DNA of 32,864 nt from Ilumatobacteraceae bacterium. GTDB taxonomy: Bacteria > Actinomycetota > Acidimicrobiia > Acidimicrobiales > Ilumatobacteraceae. The position numbers and the translations under genes are program-made. Below the pieces are notes generated by a model, which had not been told where the DNA came from, did no database searches, and saw nothing but the letters and a program-made list of their open reading frames with translations. Shown piece by piece: positions 1 to 8,724 of this stretch (the first letter of the stretch is position 1; every line of letters starts with the position of its first letter). The stretch covers positions 1 through 32,864 of the forward strand of contig DASWRR010000056.1 in the NCBI GenBank assembly GCA_036403055.1, written 5' to 3'.

Positions 1-1
1 G

Positions 2-406
2 GACCTTCCGCACTTCAACCCGGACCACGACAGCGATCCGCTCCCACCGGCCGTAGTTGAACTTCGGTCGCGGATTGCTGCCGCGGACGCCATCCTCTTC
101 TCGACGCCGGAGTACGCCGGCGCGATGCCGGGATCGCTCAAGAACCTGCTCGATTGGACGGTCGGCGGTGTCGAGATCTCCGAGAAGCCGACCGCGTGGA
201 TCAACATCTCCACCGCTCCGACCGGAGCTTCGGCAACGCACGAATCACTGACAACCGTGCTGCGGTACACCGGTGCCAACGTGATCGACGCGGCGTGTGT
301 TCGCATCCCTGTGCCACGCGATGCCGTCGGTCGCGACGGCCTCATTCAGGACCCGATGCTACGCGGCCAGATCGCTTCCGCGGGGGCTACCTTGCTCGCC
401 GGCTGA
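2..406 (+). CDS. NAD(P)H-dependent FMN reductase family protein, 5'-truncated by the window edge
   Basis: The open frame runs from position 2 (DLPHFNPDHD...ADAILFSTPEYAGAMPGSLKNLLDW...) to the TGA at 404-406. The TPEY-x5-LKN-x2-DW block is typical of the FMN_red family. Confidence 0.8.
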   Translation, partial: DLPHFNPDHDSDPLPPAVVELRSRIAAADAILFSTPEYAGAMPGSLKNLLDWTVGGVEISEKPTAWINISTAPTGASATHESLTTVLRYTGANVIDAACVRIPVPRDAVGRDGLIQDPMLRGQIASAGATLLAG

Positions 407-418
407 CTCACGACCGCG

Positions 419-1795
419 TCAGATCCGCTCCCAGTAGCGACGCAACTCCCAATCGGTCACCGACTGGTTCGAGGCGAGCCACTCGCCCTTCGCCATCGTG
501 AGGATGTGGTGGTGCACGTCGTCACCGAAGCACTCCCTGGCGATCGCGGACCCCTCCCACAGCGCGATCGCGTCCGGAAGGTTCCACGGGATTCGACCGA
601 TGGTCTTCGCCTCGTACCCGTTGCCGACGAAGGGCTCCTCCAGCGGCAACTTGTTCTTGATGCCGTGCAGCCCGCCTGCGATCTGGCCGGCGAACGCGAA
701 GTAGCTGTTCGCATCGCTGCCGGGGATGCGGCACTCGACCCTGCATCCCTTGCCGTGGCCGACCTTGCGGAAGCCGAGCGTGCGATTGTCGACTCCCCAC
801 CCGATCCCTGTCGGTGCCCATGAACCGGGCTGGAAGCGCTTGTAGCTGTTGACCGTCGGCGCCCACAGCAGGCTGAACTCCTGTGCCGTGGCGATGAGAC
901 CGGCGAGGTAGTGCTGGAAGGTCTCGCTCATCCCGTGCGGGCCGTGATGATCGTCGAACATCGCCTTCTTGCCGTCGGGCGACCACAGGCTGCTGTGCAC
1001 GTGGCACGACGAACCGGTGTCGTTGAAGTCGTACTTGGCCATGAAGCTCACTGACCTGCCGTTGAGGTGGGCGATCTCCTTGGCTGCCGTCTTGTAGACG
1101 CTGTTGCGATCGGCCATCTCGACCGCGGTCGTGTAGTCGAGGTTCATCTCGTGCTGACCTCGCCCGGCCTCGCCCTTCGAGAACTCGACCGGGACACCAG
1201 CCGCTTCGAGCCCGCGTCGGATCGCGCCGAGGATGTACTCGTCCTTCGTCGTCTGCAGGATGTGGTAGTCCTCGAGCCAAGGAGAGTGCGGTCGCAGATC
1301 GCGGTAGCCCTTCGCATAGGCCTCGTCGTACGTGTCCTGAAACAGGTAGAACTCGATCTCGCTCGCCACCATCGGCAGGAAGCCCATGGCTGCCGCGGCC
1401 TCTTCTTGACGACGCAAGATCGTGCGTGGCGCGACTTCGACGAGCTCGTCGGTATCGACGTCGTACAGATCGCACATGATCATCGCGGTCTTGTCGACCC
1501 ATGGGATCCTGCGCACCGTGTTCCAGTCGGCGCGGGCGAGCATGTCGCCGTAGCCCTGCTCGTAGCTCGTGAACTTGTAGCCCGGCACCGGGTTGTTGTC
1601 CATGTCGCAGGCGATGAGGTAGTCGCAGTTCTCCGTGCCGGCATCCGCCACGGACTCGAGGAAGAACCTTCCCGTCGTCCGCTTGCCGGTCAACCTGCCC
1701 TGCAGATCCGGGAACACCATCAGCACTGTGTCGATGTCACCGCCGCGAATGTCGCGCTCCAGTTGGTCACGGCTCACTTCGGTTCGTCCGGTCAT
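419..1795 (-). CDS. Glutamine synthetase family protein (GlnA-like, possibly a gamma-glutamyl-amine ligase)
   Basis: 458-aa ORF with GS catalytic-domain blocks (EIEFYLF, KGEAGRGQHEMNL, SSCHVHSSLW, NSYKRF, DNRT..R). Its length and N-terminus (DIDTVLMVFPDLQGRL.GK) fit the GlnA2/3/4-like class. The substrate cannot be assigned from sequence. Confidence 0.85.
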   Translation of the reverse strand: MTGRTEVSRDQLERDIRGGDIDTVLMVFPDLQGRLTGKRTTGRFFLESVADAGTENCDYLIACDMDNNPVPGYKFTSYEQGYGDMLARADWNTVRRIPWVDKTAMIMCDLYDVDTDELVEVAPRTILRRQEEAAAAMGFLPMVASEIEFYLFQDTYDEAYAKGYRDLRPHSPWLEDYHILQTTKDEYILGAIRRGLEAAGVPVEFSKGEAGRGQHEMNLDYTTAVEMADRNSVYKTAAKEIAHLNGRSVSFMAKYDFNDTGSSCHVHSSLWSPDGKKAMFDDHHGPHGMSETFQHYLAGLIATAQEFSLLWAPTVNSYKRFQPGSWAPTGIGWGVDNRTLGFRKVGHGKGCRVECRIPGSDANSYFAFAGQIAGGLHGIKNKLPLEEPFVGNGYEAKTIGRIPWNLPDAIALWEGSAIARECFGDDVHHHILTMAKGEWLASNQSVTDWELRRYWERI

Positions 1796-1823
1796 GGCGA
1801 TGCACTGTAGTTACGATCACACG

Positions 1824-3455
1824 ATGCCCCGAGATCCCGGCGACAACGCGGCCACGACCATCGCTCGCCTCATCCTCGACGGGATGAAGGCGACCGGGAT
1901 TCGGCAGTTGTTCTGCCTTCCGGGCGTGCAGAACGATCCGTTCTTCGACGCAGTGGTCGATGCGCGCGATTGGTTGGAGGTGATCGTCACTCGTCACGAG
2001 CAGGGGTGCTCCTACATGGCTCTCGGTGCCGCGCAGGTGACCGGACGTCCGACCGCGATGTGCGTCGTGCCGGGACCGGGCCTGCTGAATGCGTCGGCTG
2101 GTCTGTCGACTGCCGCCGGCGGTGGGGCGCGAGTGCTCGCCATCGTCGGTCAGATCCACTCGCCGCTGCTCGGGCGGGGCTTCCGCGTGTTGCACGAGCT
2201 CGACGATCAACCGGCCGTGTTGCGTCAGGTGACGAAGCACGCCGCGATCATCCGAGATCCCGCGACCGCGGCGGCGCAGATCCAGGGAGCGTTCGACGAG
2301 CTGGTGTCCGGCACGCCACGCCCGGTCGCGATCGAGGTTCCGGCCGACCTGTGGGCCAAGGCTGCACCAGGCACCGTCGGCGCCGGCGTGCGCTCGATGC
2401 CGACCGTCGACAGAGGCGCTGTCGATGCAGCAGCGCAGAAGCTGCGCGCCGCGACGAACCCGCTGATCTGGGTCGGAACCGGCGCGCAAGATGCGTCGGC
2501 CGCGGTTCGCGATCTCGCCGACCGCCTCCAGGCACCGGTCTCGACACGGCGCATGGGCCACGGCGTGATGGACGAGACCGACCCGCTGTTCGTGCCATTG
2601 GGTCTCGCTCACCGGATGTGGGCGGACGTTGATCTCGTGGTCGGAATCGGATCACGCATCGAGTTCCCACTGCTCCAATGGGGCACTGCAGGCATCGATC
2701 TGATCCAGATCAACACGGATGCGGCCGAGCTCGACCGCCATGGCATCGGCGCGCTCGGGATACACGGCGACGCCGGCGAAGTCGTCCCGATGCTGCTCGA
2801 GCGTCTCGGTGACGTCGAGCGGGCGGACCGGCGCACCGAGCTCCGCGAGCGCCGGAACGAGTTCTTCAACGACATCGGCGTTCTCGAGCCGCAGTTGTCG
2901 TACCTCGCTGCGATTCGCGACGCGCTGCCGGACGATGTGGTGTTCGTCGAGGACGTGACGCAGATGACGTTCGTCGCGCACTTCGCGTACCAGTTCACCC
3001 GACCGCGAACGTTCCTGTCGTCGGGGTTCGCCGGCACGCTCGGCGCCGCCGTCGCGACCGGCATCGGTGCGAAGGCCGGGGCGAGGGACCGAACGGTCGT
3101 GACGATCACCGGTGACGGCGGTTTCCTGTTCACCGCGACAGAGCTCGCCACTGCGGTGCAGCATCACATCAACGCGATCACCGTGGTCTTCAACGACAAC
3201 GCGTTCGGGAACGTCCGGCGGATCCAGCAGGAGCGGTTCGGCATGGAGCGGACGATCGCGTCGACGCTCGTGAACCCCGACATCGTCGCGTTCGCCGAGA
3301 GCTTCGGATGCCTCGGCCTTCGTGCCGTCGATCCACAGGAGCTCGGCGATGCGCTCCGCAAGGCGATGGAGCACGACGGCCCCGTCGTCATCGAAGTGCC
3401 GGTCGGCGAGGTGCCGTCGCCGTGGCCGTTCATCGTGATGCCGCGGGTGCGCTGA
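1824..3455 (+). CDS. Thiamine-pyrophosphate-binding enzyme (acetolactate synthase-like family)
   Basis: TPP motif GDGGFLFTATELATAV...VVFNDNAFGNV plus the N-terminal pyrimidine-binding region (FCLPGVQNDPF, RHEQG). ATG 1824 is chosen because upstream in-frame ATGs at 1794/1800 would overlap the divergent gene's start. The start remains uncertain. Confidence 0.85.
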   Translation: MPRDPGDNAATTIARLILDGMKATGIRQLFCLPGVQNDPFFDAVVDARDWLEVIVTRHEQGCSYMALGAAQVTGRPTAMCVVPGPGLLNASAGLSTAAGGGARVLAIVGQIHSPLLGRGFRVLHELDDQPAVLRQVTKHAAIIRDPATAAAQIQGAFDELVSGTPRPVAIEVPADLWAKAAPGTVGAGVRSMPTVDRGAVDAAAQKLRAATNPLIWVGTGAQDASAAVRDLADRLQAPVSTRRMGHGVMDETDPLFVPLGLAHRMWADVDLVVGIGSRIEFPLLQWGTAGIDLIQINTDAAELDRHGIGALGIHGDAGEVVPMLLERLGDVERADRRTELRERRNEFFNDIGVLEPQLSYLAAIRDALPDDVVFVEDVTQMTFVAHFAYQFTRPRTFLSSGFAGTLGAAVATGIGAKAGARDRTVVTITGDGGFLFTATELATAVQHHINAITVVFNDNAFGNVRRIQQERFGMERTIASTLVNPDIVAFAESFGCLGLRAVDPQELGDALRKAMEHDGPVVIEVPVGEVPSPWPFIVMPRVR

Positions 3456-3474
3456 CGCACCGCGGCGAGGCGGA

Positions 3475-3996
3475 TCAGGCCTTCTTCTTGACTTCCTTCG
3501 CCGGCTTCAACACACCCTTGGCCAACGCCTCGTCGAGGTACTTCTCAGCATCCTCGGCACTGACGCGCAGCGCCGGCGCGATCTCGCTGATGAGGTTGAT
3601 CCTCGCCCGGTCGTACATCGTCCGCTCGGCCGCCGACAGCGACGCATCGCGGTTGCGCGCTGCGAGGTTGCGAACGACTTCGGCGACTTGGTACACGTCG
3701 CCGCTCTTCAACTTCTCCTGGTGGTTCTTGAAGCGCCGGCTCCAGTTGCTCGGCACCCGCGGATCCGGCTTCGACAGCACCGAGACGAGGTCTTCCAGCT
3801 CGTCGGCATTGACCGGCGGACGAACACCCACCTCATCGGTCTTCAGCGTCGGCACCGACAGCGTCATCTCGTTGATGACGGTGCGCAGGATCAGGTATTC
3901 CTGGGTAGCGCCGAACGCTTCCATCTTCTTGGTTCCCTGCACGATGCACGCGCCATGCTGTGGGTAAATGACGGTGTCGCCCTTTTTGAACTTCAC
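3475..3996 (-). CDS. carD: CarD family RNA-polymerase-binding transcriptional regulator
   Basis: (M)KFKKGDTVIYPQHGACIV... matches the canonical CarD N-terminus (M-x-F-K-x-G-D-T-V-V-Y-P-H-H-G-A). GTG at 3996 is preceded by GAGG 6 nt upstream. The alternative ATG at 4008 adds 4 residues. The rest of the 279-aa ORF upstream overlaps the neighbouring gene and is Arg-rich noise. Confidence 0.9.
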   Translation of the reverse strand: MKFKKGDTVIYPQHGACIVQGTKKMEAFGATQEYLILRTVINEMTLSVPTLKTDEVGVRPPVNADELEDLVSVLSKPDPRVPSNWSRRFKNHQEKLKSGDVYQVAEVVRNLAARNRDASLSAAERTMYDRARINLISEIAPALRVSAEDAEKYLDEALAKGVLKPAKEVKKKA

Positions 3997-4058
3997 ACAC
4001 GACCTCATGCGGCTCGAACTGCGGACCTGTTTATGGTAGGGCGAGATGGGCCAAATCC

Positions 4059-5513
4059 CTACTCGTCGACCACCTCGCAGAGCTGAAGTCGAGGCGGAAC
4101 CTGCGGTGACATCTGCAGATCGATTCGCCGCTCTGTTCCGTCGGCGTGACGCAGCGTCGCCCGGCCGCTCATCGGCGTCTCGGCCTTCACCGAATCGACG
4201 CCGATCGTGCCATGGGCCAGCGTCCAATCGCGGGCCTGCGCGGCGCGCCGTTCGAACGACTCGTCCAGCGCGACGTTGTCGGCGAACAACTCCGCGGCGG
4301 CGTCGTCCGTCCACGACGACAGCAGGTCGGCCAGCCGGTTCGCGGCGTCGAGCAGTGCGGCACTGGGTTGCACCACGGCGTCAGGAACGAGGCCGTGCTC
4401 ATCGACGATCTCGAGCATTCGGCGCGTCATCACCGCCATCGGGGCGTACGTCGAGTTGGCGAGCGCGATGATGCCGATGCCGCGACCCGGTAGCCATCGC
4501 ATGTTGGAGCCGTAACCAGGCAGCCCACCCGAGTGCTGCACGAAGTGGCCGAACCTCGAGTCGTGGCGGACGAACAACCCGAAGCCGTACCCGCCTCCGT
4601 CGATGCGCTCCGGAACGAACTCGTCACCCTCGCCGGTGGCCATTGTGTGCGAGGTCGGCCATGCTGTGTGCACCTGCTGCATCTCGCGTCGCGACGATCG
4701 CGACAGCGGCTCATCGAGCCGACCATCACGCGGGTCGTCACGCGGCGGAAACGCATCTTCGAGCCATCCGACCCACTTGGCGAGGTCGGAGACACACGAC
4801 CACAAGCCGCCCATCGGCGCGATCGCGCCGTCGCCGAGCGGTTCCATGTCGCAGATGCGCTCCGCGTCGACGACGACATGAGGACGCGCCCAATCGTCGT
4901 GGTGTGGTTGCACCCACGTCGTGCGGTCCATCGCCAACGGCCGCAGCAGGTTGTCGGAGATGAACTCCTGAGCCCGGCGTCCCGTGACGCGCAAGATCAA
5001 CCGGCCCAACATCGCGAAGCCCAGATTGGAGTACTCACCGTGCGTCTGCGGTGCCCATGCGAACGTCGCGCCGTTCGAGAGCAAGGCGTCGAGATCGGCG
5101 TCCGAGATGTCGACGTGCCGATCCGCCCACACGTCGTCCGTTGCCATGCCGCTGGCCATCGACAGCAGGTCGCGAACCGTGATCGCAGGCGAGTCGGTGG
5201 TCGGACCAACGACACAGGCGAACTCAGGAGCGATGTCTGCGACCACATCGTCGAGCCGCAGCAGTGCCCGGTCGCGGAGCAGCATGACAGCCGCCGCCGT
5301 GAAGCTCTTGGTCATCGACGCGATTCGGAAGACCGTTCGCTCCGTCGGCATCGTGTCGTCACCAGCGGCGTGCCCGCCGTTGAGCACGAGTCGACCATCG
5401 GTCACGACCGCCCAGGAGATCGAACACTGGCATTGTCGCGAGCGCAGCGCGACCAACCGCTCGAGATCGGCGCGCACCTCTTCGAACGCGGACACGTCGG
5501 CATCCATCAGCAC
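4059..5513 (-). CDS. Serine hydrolase, beta-lactamase (class C)/esterase family
   Basis: 484-aa ORF with the S-x-x-K nucleophile motif (ASMTKSF) and a downstream Y-S-N motif (EYSNLGF). Confidence 0.85.
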   Translation of the reverse strand: MLMDADVSAFEEVRADLERLVALRSRQCQCSISWAVVTDGRLVLNGGHAAGDDTMPTERTVFRIASMTKSFTAAAVMLLRDRALLRLDDVVADIAPEFACVVGPTTDSPAITVRDLLSMASGMATDDVWADRHVDISDADLDALLSNGATFAWAPQTHGEYSNLGFAMLGRLILRVTGRRAQEFISDNLLRPLAMDRTTWVQPHHDDWARPHVVVDAERICDMEPLGDGAIAPMGGLWSCVSDLAKWVGWLEDAFPPRDDPRDGRLDEPLSRSSRREMQQVHTAWPTSHTMATGEGDEFVPERIDGGGYGFGLFVRHDSRFGHFVQHSGGLPGYGSNMRWLPGRGIGIIALANSTYAPMAVMTRRMLEIVDEHGLVPDAVVQPSAALLDAANRLADLLSSWTDDAAAELFADNVALDESFERRAAQARDWTLAHGTIGVDSVKAETPMSGRATLRHADGTERRIDLQMSPQVPPRLQLCEVVDE

Positions 5514-5541
5514 GTGGCGAGTCTTCCACGTGATGCACCAG

Positions 5542-5614
5542 CGCCCCCGGAGAGACTCGAACTCCCAACCTACGGGGTAGAAACCCGCTGCTCTATCCGT
5601 TGAGCTACGGGGGC
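5542..5614 (-). tRNA. tRNA-Arg (anticodon UCU)
   Basis: The reverse complement folds by hand into a 73-nt cloverleaf. Acceptor GCCCCCG/CGGGGGC, D-arm GCTC-AACGGATA-GAGC, anticodon stem GCGGG/CCCGT with loop TT-TCT-AC, T-arm GGGAG-TTCGAGT-CTCTC, discriminator G. No CCA is encoded. Confidence 0.9.
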
Positions 5615-5626
5615 GTGCGGCGAAGC

Positions 5627-6877
5627 CTATTCGCCGGTGAGCAGATGGCGGCGGAGGAAATCGAGCGCGGTGATGACGCTCATCTGGCGCATCTGCTCTC
5701 GTTGACCCGGCAATCGGAACGTGCGAGCAACGGCACCCGAGCCGTCGTCGATGCCGACGCAGAGCGTCCCGACCGGCATCGAGTCCTGTTCGCCAGGACC
5801 GGCAACGCCGGTGAGCGAGAGGCCGACGTCGGCGCCGAGCACGCGCCGAACACCGGTCGCCATCGCCGCTGCGGCGCGTTCGCTGACGACCGGGCCCTCG
5901 GGCACATCGAGCAGATCGAACTTGACCTCACTCGCGTAGGACACGATGGCGCCGCGCAACACGTCGCTCGCGCCGGGTATCGCGGTGAGGCGACCCGCCA
6001 CGAGACCGCCCGTCACTGATTCGGCAATCCCGAGGGTGAGGCCGCGGGCTCTCAGCAGATCCAAGGTCGTCGACTCCATCGTCTCGTCGTCGACGGCGAA
6101 CACGTGCTCCCCGACGACGGACCGAACCTCCGCATCCCACTTGTCGAGCAGTGCCTCCGCGTCTTCTTGCGTCGCGGCCTTCGCGGTGAGCCGAACCTTC
6201 AAGCCCTCCCAGCCGCTGGCGAGGAACGCAAGCGTCGGGTTGCCGGCGTCGTCGAGGCGACTGATCAGCGGGTCGAGCCGTTCGTTGAGCCCGCTCTCGC
6301 TCTCGCCCCACGTGCGTAGCGTCCGACTGACGATCACACCCGTGTCACCCGATCGCCGACGAAGGTCGGGAAGCACCGCCCGCTCGACCATCTCCTTCAT
6401 CTCGTGCGGAACGCCCGGAACCGCGTACACGACTTTCTCGGTGCTGCCAATCGTGACGGGGCAGATCAATCCCGGCGCAGTGCCGCGAGTCTGCGGGATG
6501 ATCGTCGCGCCCACCGGGACGAGCGCCTGTCGCAAGTTGTTGGCAGCCATGTACCGACCGCGCGATGCGAACATGTTGGTGATCACCTCGGCGACTGCCT
6601 CGTCGCTGACCAGCGGCACTCCCATCACCGCCGCGATCGCCTCACGTGTCAGGTCATCGTGCGTCGGGCCGAGGCCGCCGCACATGATGACCGCATCCGC
6701 GTCGGCGAGTGTGCTGCGCAGCACCGATTTGACGCGGCCGAGGTTGTCGCCGACCTTCACCTGCAGCAGCGAGTCGATGCCGTTCGCGGCAAGGTGCTCG
6801 CCGAGCCACGCGCTGTTCGTGTCGACGATCTGACCGAGCAACAGCTCGGTGCCGACCGCCACGACGTCACATCGCAT
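5627..6877 (-). CDS. cinA: CinA family protein (MoCF-binding domain plus NMN amidohydrolase PncC-like domain)
   Basis: MRCDVVAVGTELLLGQIVDTNSAWL... is the canonical CinA N-terminus, and the C-terminal region (LGIAESVTGGL...) is CinA/PncC-like. Start ATG 6877 overlaps the pgsA stop by 11 nt. Confidence 0.9.
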   Translation of the reverse strand: MRCDVVAVGTELLLGQIVDTNSAWLGEHLAANGIDSLLQVKVGDNLGRVKSVLRSTLADADAVIMCGGLGPTHDDLTREAIAAVMGVPLVSDEAVAEVITNMFASRGRYMAANNLRQALVPVGATIIPQTRGTAPGLICPVTIGSTEKVVYAVPGVPHEMKEMVERAVLPDLRRRSGDTGVIVSRTLRTWGESESGLNERLDPLISRLDDAGNPTLAFLASGWEGLKVRLTAKAATQEDAEALLDKWDAEVRSVVGEHVFAVDDETMESTTLDLLRARGLTLGIAESVTGGLVAGRLTAIPGASDVLRGAIVSYASEVKFDLLDVPEGPVVSERAAAAMATGVRRVLGADVGLSLTGVAGPGEQDSMPVGTLCVGIDDGSGAVARTFRLPGQREQMRQMSVITALDFLRRHLLTGE

Positions 6878-7427
6878 TGACCGCAACCCTCGGACGGCGT
6901 GCTCGCCACATGTACTGGCATCCACTGATCAACGCGAGCGCGACGGAGATCCACAGCAGTCCGTTCCACAGCCATTTCGCGTCGAGCGCGGTCAGCGGCG
7001 CGATCGCGAACCCGACGGACAACTGCTGCGTGAGCGTCTTCAACTTGGCGATCTTGCTCGCCGGCACACTGATGCCCTTCGCACCGACGAAGGTGCGGTA
7101 CAAGCTGATGGCCACTTCGCGTGCGGCGATGATCGCGACCGGAACGATCCAGTACACGTGGTTGCTGACGAGGAAGATCATTGCGCCGAGGATCAGCACC
7201 TTGTCGGCGAGCGGGTCGAGAAAGGCTCCCATCGTCGTCGAGCCGTGGCGACGGGCGAGGTAGCCGTCGATGCCATCCGTGCAGCACAGGACGAACCACA
7301 GACCGAACGCGATCCACGATCCACCGGGCTTCTCTGGGATCAACACGAACATGAACGGTGCGATCAGCACCCGCGCCACTGTGACGAGGTTTGCCCAGGT
7401 CTTGACGGCGGATGGATCGACGGGCAT
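6867..7427 (-). CDS. pgsA: CDP-diacylglycerol--glycerol-3-phosphate 3-phosphatidyltransferase
   Basis: CDP-alcohol phosphatidyltransferase signature DGIDGYLARRHGSTTMGAFLDPLADK in a hydrophobic 186-aa protein. Located in the rimO-pgsA-cinA arrangement. Confidence 0.9.
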   Translation of the reverse strand: MPVDPSAVKTWANLVTVARVLIAPFMFVLIPEKPGGSWIAFGLWFVLCCTDGIDGYLARRHGSTTMGAFLDPLADKVLILGAMIFLVSNHVYWIVPVAIIAAREVAISLYRTFVGAKGISVPASKIAKLKTLTQQLSVGFAIAPLTALDAKWLWNGLLWISVALALISGCQYMWRARRPRVAVNAM

Positions 7428-8689
7428 CAGTTCGATTCTGCCACTAGGTCAGGTCCCAAGGCATCCACGATGCGCACGCTGTGGAACCGACCCACGTCCA
7501 GCATCGGCGGCACTTCGATGATGCCATCGATCTCGGGCGCCTCCCGACTGCTCCGTGCGACACCGACTTCATCGACGAGAACGGTCATCGTGCTGCCGAT
7601 CAGCGCATCCCTTCGCCGCGCGGTGATCTCGTCCTGCATCTCGCGCAACTCGGCGAGACGGTCGTTCATGACGGCGCGCTCGACAGCCCCGTCGAGCGTC
7701 ATCGCGTGCGTGCCCTCCTCAGCGCTGTACGCGAAGAAACCGCACCAGTCGAGCTCGGCCTCCTCGACGAAGCGCAACAACTGATCGTGATCCTCCTCGG
7801 TCTCACCCGGATAGCCGACGATGAAGTTGCTGCGGAACGCGGCGTCCGGTTCGCGTTCGCGGATGTCGCCGATGCGACGCAGGAATCGTTCGCCATCGCC
7901 CCATCGGCGCATGCGCCGCAGCAGCGGCTTGCTGACGTGTTGCAGCGAGAGGTCGAAGTACGGCACGCCGGTCTCGAGGATCGCATCGATCAGTCCGTCG
8001 CTCAGATCGCTGGGATAGAGGTACAGAAGGCGCGTCCACGGTGCTACCGCACTGACTGCCTTCACGAGCGGGACGATGGAACCGGCACCGAGGTCGTCCG
8101 GCCGATCCTTGCCGTAGCTCGCCAGGTCCTGGGCAACGAGCACGATCTCCTGCGCCTCGAGTTGCTCGACCTCGGCGAGGATCGACGCGACGTCACGACT
8201 TCGCTGCGGTCCGCGGAACGAGGGGATCGCACAGAAGCCGCAGCTGCGATCGCACCCTTCGGCGATCTTGATGTACGCCCACGGGCTCGCCGACTTCGGC
8301 CGCGGCAGGTTCAACAGATCGAGCATCGGGATGGGCGCATCGCTGATCGACAACGGCTTGCGGCCGAGAGTGATCGGCACGCCGAAGCCGGCGACCTGGT
8401 CGACTTCCGGGAGCGCGGCCGCGAGCTCGTCGCCATATCGCTCCGCCATGCAGCCCGTGACGACCAGGCGTGCGCCGACCTTGCGCTGGTCCTCCAACGC
8501 GAGGATGGTGTCGATCGACTCCTTGCGGGCTTCGTCGATGAACGCGCACGTGTTGACGACGACGAGGTCGGCGAGCGACGCATCGTCGGTCGAGGTCATC
8601 CCGTCGGCCAGCAGCGTGCCGACGAGCTTGTCGCTGTCGACTTGGTTCTTCGGGCATCCGAGCGTCTCGACGTAAAACCGCTGTGCCAC
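7427..8689 (-). CDS. rimO: Ribosomal protein S12 methylthiotransferase RimO (radical SAM)
   Basis: N-terminal FYVETLGCPKNQVDSD, radical-SAM CDRSCGFCAIP and a C-terminal TRAM-like region. GTG 8689 is chosen as the start because the remaining 926-aa ORF upstream overlaps ftsK in another frame. The stop overlaps the pgsA ATG by 1 nt (TGATG on the minus strand). Confidence 0.88.
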   Translation of the reverse strand: MAQRFYVETLGCPKNQVDSDKLVGTLLADGMTSTDDASLADLVVVNTCAFIDEARKESIDTILALEDQRKVGARLVVTGCMAERYGDELAAALPEVDQVAGFGVPITLGRKPLSISDAPIPMLDLLNLPRPKSASPWAYIKIAEGCDRSCGFCAIPSFRGPQRSRDVASILAEVEQLEAQEIVLVAQDLASYGKDRPDDLGAGSIVPLVKAVSAVAPWTRLLYLYPSDLSDGLIDAILETGVPYFDLSLQHVSKPLLRRMRRWGDGERFLRRIGDIREREPDAAFRSNFIVGYPGETEEDHDQLLRFVEEAELDWCGFFAYSAEEGTHAMTLDGAVERAVMNDRLAELREMQDEITARRRDALIGSTMTVLVDEVGVARSSREAPEIDGIIEVPPMLDVGRFHSVRIVDALGPDLVAESN

Positions 8690-8724
8690 GAGCAGCCAGG
8701 CTACCGACGGATCGTGTGGTCGGG

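Noticed and set aside
3456-3474. Possible bidirectional terminators in the very short convergent gaps (3456-3474, 407-418 and 16301-16304).
   Set aside because: No convincing stem-loop can be drawn in these 4-19-nt spacers. Termination signals, if any, must lie inside the opposing coding sequences.
5514-5626. tRNA-Arg as a possible genomic-island integration site, given the accessory-looking serine hydrolase downstream of its 3' end.
   Set aside because: There is no integrase, no recombinase, and no direct repeat of the tRNA 3' end that I could find in the window. The flanking genes are ordinary chromosomal genes.
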